From the IMG/VR virus record IMGVR_UViG_2724679074_000004, positions 1 to 33,787 of that record: a DNA stretch of 33,787 nucleotides; one strand, given 5' to 3'. The stretch comes from a virus. Lineage: Duplodnaviria > Heunggongvirae > Uroviricota > Caudoviricetes. Below the pieces are notes generated by a model. That model made no database searches. It was not told where the DNA came from and saw only the letters and a program-made list of their open reading frames with translations. Shown piece after piece: positions 28,310-33,787 of the stretch. The number at the start of each line of letters is the position of its first letter. Within the stretch, counting starts at the first letter, position 1. Position numbers and translations under genes: made by a program.

Positions 28310-28606
28310 ATGGAATTTAAAGGTACTGAAGGTAAGTGGGAAATAATGATGGATGGCGATGAGATTAAAATCATCCAGGCAGACTCACTTGAAAATGGCA
28401 CAGGCTGGCGTTCGTATATTGCAATCTGTGAGGAAGTTCAATGCATTGAAGATGCCAATCTAATAGCGGCAGCACCTGACCTTCTCGAAGCACTTCAGTT
28501 ATTACTTAAGCAAACCAAAAATAGAACAACGACAACATATCCAGAATGGTATGGAGCTGTTAATAAAGGTCTTGCAGCAATCAGAAAAGCTCTTGGGGAA
28601 GAATGA
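28310..28606 (+). CDS. Hypothetical protein (98 aa), unknown function
   Basis: ORF 38 bp downstream of the 207-aa gene; AT-rich; no family recognized. Confidence 0.5.
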   Translation: MEFKGTEGKWEIMMDGDEIKIIQADSLENGTGWRSYIAICEEVQCIEDANLIAAAPDLLEALQLLLKQTKNRTTTTYPEWYGAVNKGLAAIRKALGEE

Positions 28607-28762
28607 TGAATAAGAAATACATTGTTGAAGTTATAGAGCGAGAAACAAAAGAAGTAATTAAACATTTCGAATTTGATAATTATAGAAAAGCTGACCGCGT
28701 AGAAGAAGGATTGTTGCGACAAAGTAATCTCGAAAAATTTGATGTTGTCATGCGATGCGAAT
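28604..28762 (+). CDS. Possible small protein (52 aa) overlapping the stop of the 98-aa gene
   Basis: ATG in ATGA-type overlap with upstream stop: MMNKKYIVEVIERETKEVIKHFEFDNYRKADRVEEGLLRQSNLEKFDVVMRCE; below track cutoff. Confidence 0.35.
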
Positions 28763-28896
28763 AAGCGCCTATAGCAGATTTACGAGTCTGCTATGTGAGC
28801 AATGTCGCTCGTAACTAAACAGGAGCCGACTTGTTCTGATTATTGGAAATCTTCTTTGCCCTCCGATGTGAGGGCAATTTTTTTGATGGAGGATAT

Positions 28897-29865
28897 ATGA
28901 GTGAAGTAACAGATTTAGTTGTTATTGAAAAAGCAAATGCAATGACTGTATTTCAGTCTGCCGACCAGATTGAAGAAATCCTTCAAAAGGTTGAACGTGA
29001 AGTTATGTCCTTTGTGCCTGATATCACAACGGCAAAGGGCAGAAAGGAGATCGCTTCTCTGGCGTATAAAGTTGCGCAGACGAAAACATATCTCGATGGT
29101 CTTGGCAAAGACCTTGTTGCTGAACTGAAGGAAATTCCAAAGCTAATTGATGCCAACCGCAAGACAGTGCGTGATCGCCTTGATGAGCTGAAAGCCAAGG
29201 CGCGCCAGCCTCTTACTGATTATGAGGAAGAACAGGCGCGGATTAAAGCCGAAGAAGAAGCTAAGGCAGCAGCTGAAGCTCTCGCAAAGCAAATTGAGTC
29301 TGACCATGAAATAGCGATTTTGATGGATCGCGAATTTGACCGCCAAAGAGAAGAGGCAAGACTCAAAGCGGAGCAGGAAAAGCGAGAGCATGAAGAACGC
29401 TTAAAAAGAGAAGCTGAAGAGAAAGCCAGAGCAGAAGCCGAAGCAAAGGCAAAAGCCGAAATTGAAGCAGCAGCAAGGCGAGAAGCAGAAGCTAAGGCCG
29501 CAGCGGAACGTGCAGAGCGTGAACGCATTGAAGCCGAGCAACGAGCACAGCGCAAAGCAAAAGAGGCAGCAGAACGAGCTGAAAGAGAAAAGCAGGCGGC
29601 AATTGAAGCAGAACGCCGAAAAGCACAGGAGGAGGCTGAACGAATCCGGCGCGAAGCTGAAGCAAAAGAGCAAGCCAGAATAGCAGAAGAAAAAAGAATC
29701 AAGGACGAAGAAGAGCGTAGAGCAAAGGATAAAGCTCACCGGAAAGAAGTAAATAACAAAATACTTGCTGACCTTATCAAGGTTGGTGCATCAGAAGATG
29801 TTGCTAAAAATATCATAACAGCCATCGTAAAAGGCGAAGTATTCGCAACAAAAATAACCTACTAA
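28897..29865 (+). CDS. Hypothetical protein with N-terminal globular domain and long E/A/K/R-rich low-complexity helical (TolA domain II-like) region
   Basis: 322 aa from MSEVTDLVVIEK (GGAGGA RBS); ~170 aa of AEAKAKAE/REAEAK repeats; C-terminal ~50 aa non-repetitive. Confidence 0.6.
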   Translation: MSEVTDLVVIEKANAMTVFQSADQIEEILQKVEREVMSFVPDITTAKGRKEIASLAYKVAQTKTYLDGLGKDLVAELKEIPKLIDANRKTVRDRLDELKAKARQPLTDYEEEQARIKAEEEAKAAAEALAKQIESDHEIAILMDREFDRQREEARLKAEQEKREHEERLKREAEEKARAEAEAKAKAEIEAAARREAEAKAAAERAERERIEAEQRAQRKAKEAAERAEREKQAAIEAERRKAQEEAERIRREAEAKEQARIAEEKRIKDEEERRAKDKAHRKEVNNKILADLIKVGASEDVAKNIITAIVKGEVFATKITY

Positions 29866-29889
29866 TAAAACCAACATAAGGAACCACCC

Positions 29890-30021
29890 ATGATTTACGC
29901 AATCGCGGGAGGCGCTCGCATGGGTGCCTTCCAATTAAATGAATCTTTACTTGAACGAATCACCCGTAAATTACGTGACGGATGGAAAAGAGTTGAGGTC
30001 TTATTATGCGCAATGAAATAG
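29890..30021 (+). CDS. cIII: CIII-like FtsH inhibitor (43 aa)
   Basis: MIYAIAGG...ESLLERITRKLRDGWKR matches the conserved amphipathic core of lambda CIII; below track cutoff. Confidence 0.6.
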   Translation: MIYAIAGGARMGAFQLNESLLERITRKLRDGWKRVEVLLCAMK

Positions 30022-30158
30022 CCATCAATCACCAGATGCTTCGTGCAGCACAGAACAAAGCAGTAATAGCCAGATTTATTGGTGATTCAAAAATGTGGAT
30101 TGAAGCAAATAAAGCGATGAAATCAGCTATCAACCTTCCGTGGTATCGCAGGAAATGA
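30006..30158 (+). CDS. kil: Kil-like small protein (50 aa)
   Basis: ..AVIARFIGDSKMW.. resembles the lambda Kil FIGDEKM core (from memory); overlaps cIII end in another frame. Confidence 0.4.
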   Translation: MRNEIAINHQMLRAAQNKAVIARFIGDSKMWIEANKAMKSAINLPWYRRK

Positions 30159-30233
30159 GTTTTACAGATAACTGGTCAGACGAAGAATTCATTCGTCAGA
30201 TGAAAGATTTAATCGGTAACGAAGGAGATATTC

Positions 30234-30404
30234 ATGTCACTTGCAACCACAGTGAAGGAGAGCAAGTTACAGAGACGCATGTACACGCAGAAAGCTCTCT
30301 GGTATCGCCATAATGGTGACCGCGAAGGAATGCGGGTATGCCTTAATTTGTCCCGAGTCGAAGTATTAAATCAGCGTTATTTCCTTGGGCCGTGTCCATT
30401 CTGA
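30234..30404 (+). CDS. Possible small protein (56 aa) just upstream of erf
   Basis: Strong RBS GAAGGAG 6 nt upstream of ATG; MSLATTVKESKLQRRMYTQKALWYRHNGDREGMRVCLNLSRVEVLNQRYFLGPCPF; overlaps an alternative 57-codon frame starting at 30155. Confidence 0.3.
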   Translation: MSLATTVKESKLQRRMYTQKALWYRHNGDREGMRVCLNLSRVEVLNQRYFLGPCPF

Positions 30405-30414
30405 GAACAAACAT

Positions 30415-31020
30415 ATGAGCAAAGAATTTTACGCAAGACTGGCAGCCATTCAGGAGAATCTGAACGCGCCAAAGAATCAGTACAACTCATTCGGTAAATA
30501 TAAATACAGAAGCTGCGAAGACATTCTTGAAGGCGTTAAGCCGTTACTGAATGGCCTGTTTTTATCAATCAGCGATGAAGTTGTGTTGATTGGTGATCGG
30601 TATTACGTGAAAGCAACAGCAACTATTACTGATGGCGAAAACAGTCATACAGCAACCGCCCTTGCACGAGAGGAAGAAAGCAAGAAAGGAATGGATTCTG
30701 CACAAGTTACTGGAGCTACAAGCTCTTATGCACGCAAGTATTGCCTCAATGGTTTGTTCGGCATTGATGATGCGAAAGATGCAGATACCGACGAGCATAA
30801 ACATCAGCAGAACGCAGCAGCAAAGCAATCAAAACCATCACCTACATCTGAACAGGTTCTAAAAGCATTCACTGACGCAGCATTGCAGAAAAACACCGTA
30901 GAAGAGCTTAAACAGGCGTTCGCCAAAGCGTGGAAGATGCTCGAAGGCACACCGGAGCAGCACAAAGCGCAGGACGTTTACAACATCAGACGAGACGAAT
31001 TAGAAGGAGCGGCTGCTTAA
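30415..31020 (+). CDS. erf: Erf-family single-strand annealing recombinase
   Basis: MSKEFYARLA.IQE.LNAPKNQYNSFGKYKYRSCEDILEGVKPLL.GLFLSISDE.VLIGDRYYVKATATITDGENSH.. matches remembered P22 Erf. Confidence 0.9.
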   Translation: MSKEFYARLAAIQENLNAPKNQYNSFGKYKYRSCEDILEGVKPLLNGLFLSISDEVVLIGDRYYVKATATITDGENSHTATALAREEESKKGMDSAQVTGATSSYARKYCLNGLFGIDDAKDADTDEHKHQQNAAAKQSKPSPTSEQVLKAFTDAALQKNTVEELKQAFAKAWKMLEGTPEQHKAQDVYNIRRDELEGAAA

Positions 31021-31403
31021 TGGCACATTCGATTACTGTAAGACTAAACAAGCCCGCAAGAGAGTTTCAGGCCGGGGAAAATATCGGATTCAACATCCGT
31101 GCTGGCGTTCAGTATTACGATCGCCAGACAAAAAAGAAAGAATGGACAAACTACAGCGCCGTTGTATTTGCCAAGCCGGGAGCGCAAGCGGATTACTACC
31201 GTAGTGTTCTTGTTGAAGGTGGCATTGTAGAAATTACCGGAGAAAACATCAGGGTTGATGTTTATCAGGGGCAAAATGGTCAATCAATCACTCTTGAATT
31301 ACTGAATGCAAAGATTGGATTTGCAACTTCAGGAAACAGCCAACAGCAACAAAGTAGCAATCATCAAAATCATCCTGAATACGACGATTCAATTCCCTTC
31401 TAA
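31020..31403 (+). CDS. ssb: Phage single-stranded DNA-binding protein (OB-fold, acidic C-terminal tail)
   Basis: 127 aa from MAHSITVRLNK; C-terminus ..EYDDSIPF resembles the SSB DDDIPF tail; ATG overlaps erf stop. Confidence 0.7.
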   Translation: MAHSITVRLNKPAREFQAGENIGFNIRAGVQYYDRQTKKKEWTNYSAVVFAKPGAQADYYRSVLVEGGIVEITGENIRVDVYQGQNGQSITLELLNAKIGFATSGNSQQQQSSNHQNHPEYDDSIPF

Positions 31404-31426
31404 ATTAGCAACATAAGGATTCCATT

Positions 31427-31723
31427 ATGCCAGCGCCTCTGTATGGTGCGGATGACCCGCGCCGCTGTTCCGGCAATTCCGTATCGGAGGTGCTGGATAA
31501 ATTCAGAAAAAACTACGATCGGATAATGTCGCTACCGCAGGAAACGAAAGAGGAAAAGGAATTTCGCCACTGTATATGGCTTGCAGAGAAAGAAGAACGC
31601 GAGCGAATTTACCAGACATCAATCCGACCATTCCGCAAAGCCACATATACCCACTTCCCTGAATATATCGACCCGCGCCTGCGTAATTACCGCTCACGCT
31701 ATGGCGCTATCAGTAATGACTGA
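31427..31723 (+). CDS. Hypothetical protein (98 aa) in the position of P22 anti-RecBCD (abc) genes
   Basis: ORF directly after erf-ssb; assignment to Abc is positional only. Confidence 0.45.
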   Translation: MPAPLYGADDPRRCSGNSVSEVLDKFRKNYDRIMSLPQETKEEKEFRHCIWLAEKEERERIYQTSIRPFRKATYTHFPEYIDPRLRNYRSRYGAISND

Positions 31724-31733
31724 GGAATTTACC

Positions 31734-31901
31734 ATGAGAGGACTTGCATACAATCCCGGCATTCTTCCGGCAGAAATGATTATTCGCCAACGAGTAAAGC
31801 CAATGCCATCGAGAGAGGAATTGCTTAAGAGAAATTCTTTTCCGTCAGTGAATCAAAACAAATATCTGAATGCGATGTGGCGCAAAGGAGGCAACCAGTG
31901 A
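31734..31901 (+). CDS. Possible small protein (55 aa)
   Basis: GAGGAA RBS then ATG ([20 protein letters not shown]..); track ORF 31581-31901 is the same frame extended upstream across the previous gene. Confidence 0.3.
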   Translation: MRGLAYNPGILPAEMIIRQRVKPMPSREELLKRNSFPSVNQNKYLNAMWRKGGNQ

Positions 31902-32590
31902 GCGAAATTAATTACCAGGCACTGCGTGAGGCGGCAGTGAAAGCAACGTGGGGAGACTGGGACTCATATAAACCACACCGTGGCGCACGTGGTTATGAGG
32001 TCCGACTAAGTAGTCAGGCCATTGCGCAACACGTTCTGAAAAACAACGCTGAATTTATTGCTGCCTTTAATCCAAAGGTTGCTTTGGCACTACTGGATGA
32101 ACGGGAAAGAAACCAGCAATACATCAAATCACGCGACCAGGAGAACGAGGATATTGCGCTTACGGTTGGGAGGCTGCGCGTTGAGCTGGAAGGCAAAGAC
32201 AGCAAAATAGCCAATCTTACCGCCGAACGCGATGCTCTTCGTGAAGGTGAGATGGGCGACGCTAGGCATAGCAACACACGGGCCGCAGCTGATATCTACT
32301 TCCAACTGGTCGAGGAGTGCGAAATTCCTGCTGGCGGATCTCTGGTCGAGTACGTTGACGATATGCGCGAGAAGCTGGAAGCCGCAGAGAAGCGCATTGC
32401 AGAGTTAGAAAGTGGTTCTCAGGCACAAAAGTTAGTTGAAGCAATCATTGTTGCGATAGAAAACGAACAGGAAAGGCTTTTTGATGAAGATTACCTAATG
32501 GATTCGAAAGAATGCATTGACGTAATTCGTGAAGAAGTAAAGCGATGGAATGATTCCCGTGCCGCTGGCATTCGCATCAAAGGAGAGTGA
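31898..32590 (+). CDS. Ea22-like coiled-coil early protein (GTG start)
   Basis: AAGGAGG 7 nt upstream of GTG; N-terminus [20 protein letters not shown] and coiled-coil body resemble ead/Ea22-like family (from memory). Confidence 0.5.
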   Translation: MSEINYQALREAAVKATWGDWDSYKPHRGARGYEVRLSSQAIAQHVLKNNAEFIAAFNPKVALALLDERERNQQYIKSRDQENEDIALTVGRLRVELEGKDSKIANLTAERDALREGEMGDARHSNTRAAADIYFQLVEECEIPAGGSLVEYVDDMREKLEAAEKRIAELESGSQAQKLVEAIIVAIENEQERLFDEDYLMDSKECIDVIREEVKRWNDSRAAGIRIKGE

Positions 32591-32591
32591 T

Positions 32592-33215
32592 ATGAGCGCT
32601 ATAACCAAAGAACGTATCAAATTATTCATTAAAAATCCGCTTGATAACGGACTTACTCGTGGCGAACAAATGGAAGTGGCACGAATTGCACTGGCATCGC
32701 TGGAACGCGAACAGATTCGCCACGAGCATGCCAAATGGTCTGACTCCACATTTGGCTGCGTTGGCCCCATTGGTCCACTGAAACACCTCTCAAAAGAGGC
32801 TCTGGAAGCCGCAGCCGAACCTGACGATCTCAGCGAGTGGGCTGATATGCAGTTCCTGTTGTGGGATGCACAGCGCCGTGCCGGTATCAGTGATGCTGAA
32901 ATTACCGCTGCTATGGAAGATAAATTGAAGATCAACATGGAGCGTCAGTGGCCTGAACCAAAAGATGGTGAGCCTCGTTTGCACATTAAAGAACCCGGCA
33001 ACTCTCCGGCAACTCCGGATGGTTGGATAAGCTGTAGTGAGCTAATGCCAGATGATGGTCAGCACGTAATTATTTTATGTGATGGCGCATTCGTTCTTTA
33101 TGCGCAATATCGAGACGGAGAGTTTTTCGATATTGTCCGCAATGGTGATGAATTTTTCGAAACACAGAGTCGCAATGTAACCGACTGGATGCAACTACCA
33201 GAACCTCCTCTTTGA
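32592..33215 (+). CDS. Hypothetical protein with N-terminal DUF550-like (dATP/dGTP pyrophosphohydrolase-type) and C-terminal DUF551-like domains
   Basis: 207 aa from MSAITKERIKL (GGAGAG RBS); domain assignment from remembered motifs (..WISCSELMPDDGQHVIIL..DWMQLPEPP). Confidence 0.5.
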   Translation: MSAITKERIKLFIKNPLDNGLTRGEQMEVARIALASLEREQIRHEHAKWSDSTFGCVGPIGPLKHLSKEALEAAAEPDDLSEWADMQFLLWDAQRRAGISDAEITAAMEDKLKINMERQWPEPKDGEPRLHIKEPGNSPATPDGWISCSELMPDDGQHVIILCDGAFVLYAQYRDGEFFDIVRNGDEFFETQSRNVTDWMQLPEPPL

Positions 33216-33311
33216 TAGCTAAGCTTATACATATCTTTTACATCAGCAATCTATTGTTAATCTCCAATCAATGTTACGTTGTCATCTCACTCATGCTTTG
33301 GAGGTAGTGAT

Positions 33312-33491
33312 ATGTCTTGTCCAAAATGCGGTTCTGGAAATATTGCAAAAGAAAAAACAATGCGTGGATGGTCTGGTGATTATGTGTGCTGCGATTGCGG
33401 ATACAACGACTCTAAAGACGCATTTGGAGAGCGTGGTAAAAACGAGTTTGTTAAAATTAATAAAGAACGCGAAGGCAACGAAAAAAGCTAA
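33312..33491 (+). CDS. Small zinc-ribbon protein (59 aa)
   Basis: GGAGG RBS; MSCPKCGSGN...CCDCGYN two CxxC pairs. Confidence 0.5.
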   Translation: MSCPKCGSGNIAKEKTMRGWSGDYVCCDCGYNDSKDAFGERGKNEFVKINKEREGNEKS

Positions 33492-33554
33492 TTTATTTAT
33501 TCATATATTAAAACAATGTAACCAATATTCGAATTGAAGAACTGAAAGAACACC

Positions 33555-33580
33555 AAGCCGCCTGATGGCGGTTTATTTTT
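33555..33580 (+). terminator. Intrinsic terminator upstream of the xis-like gene
   Basis: AAGCCGCC-TGAT-GGCGGTTT hairpin followed by ATTTTT. Confidence 0.5.
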
Positions 33581-33595
33581 GCCTGGAGAATTAAG

Positions 33596-33787
33596 ATGAC
33601 CGATACCAGCCTGATTCCTGAGAAAGAAGTGATGAACAAGCTCGGTGTTTCATCACGTCAGACAATCTGGAACTATACCAAACGACACGGATTTCCGAAG
33701 CCAGTCAGAACCCACCCCAAATCATACCTTCGTGAAGCTGTTGAAGGGTGGATTCTTAACGGTGGCGTTAATCAGAAATGCTCCTGA
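33596..33787 (+). CDS. AlpA-family DNA-binding protein / putative excisionase (Xis)
   Basis: 63 aa; ..KEVMNKLGVSSRQTIWNYTKRHGFPKPV.. is the AlpA-type winged-HTH signature; last gene before the presumed int beyond the window. Confidence 0.65.
   Translation: MTDTSLIPEKEVMNKLGVSSRQTIWNYTKRHGFPKPVRTHPKSYLREAVEGWILNGGVNQKCS

Noticed and set aside
29220-29739. Minus-strand ORFs (160 aa and 112 aa) rich in Ser/Ala/Cys/Phe antisense to the coiled-coil gene
   Set aside because: Artefacts of the low-complexity GAA/GCA-rich repeat region read on the opposite strand; the sense-strand gene has a proper RBS and flanking domains.
31581-31901. 106-aa ORF as given in the track
   Set aside because: Its 5' half overlaps the preceding 98-aa gene; a plausible start with RBS occurs only at 31734, so only the 55-aa distal part is considered.
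33271-33537. 88-aa ORF in alternative frame over the zinc-ribbon gene
   Set aside because: The overlapping frame encoding the CxxC...CxxC protein has a strong GGAGG RBS; the alternative frame has no recognisable features.
1-33787. Integrase gene and attachment sites
   Set aside because: Not present in the window; the prophage evidently continues beyond both ends (int expected past the xis-like gene at the 3' end).

Overview
This window is almost entirely one near-complete P22-like (short-tailed, Lederbergvirus-type) lambdoid prophage of an enterobacterium; neither attachment site nor an integrase gene is in the window. The late operon runs on the minus strand: Q-like antiterminator, then pinholin / SAR-endolysin / Rz-Rz1 lysis cassette, terminase small and large subunits (with a P22-type pac sequence inside the small-subunit gene), portal, scaffold, coat, gp4, gp10, tail needle gp26, gp14, ejection proteins gp7/gp20/gp16, and a tailspike at the left edge. 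The early-right operon is also on the minus strand: cro, nutR, lambda-type cII, lambda-O-like initiator with in-gene iterons, DnaC-type helicase loader, ren, ninB, ninE, a Rha-like antirepressor, YbcO-like, rusA, ninH. The early-left operon is on the plus strand: CI repressor, an AT-rich membrane-protein moron, terminator, OL/PL, nutL, P22-type N, a block of unknown accessory genes, cIII, kil, erf, ssb, Ea22-like, a DUF550/DUF551-like protein and an AlpA/Xis-like gene. All homology calls are from reading the ORF translations against remembered phage protein sequences, not from a database search. Hand-counted coordinates for small or non-coding features may be off by 1-2 nt, and one local check near 17,000 disagreed with the ORF track by a base, so the track coordinates are used for CDS wherever possible. 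The most interesting candidates for undescribed biology are (i) the AT-rich single-pass membrane protein gene in the rex position downstream of cI, (ii) the tightly linked block of unknown genes between N and cIII, including a duplicated 22-bp element and a TolA-like low-complexity coiled-coil protein, (iii) an orphan Mnt-like repressor beside the tailspike, and (iv) a tRNA-like T-arm/acceptor motif in the late leader region.
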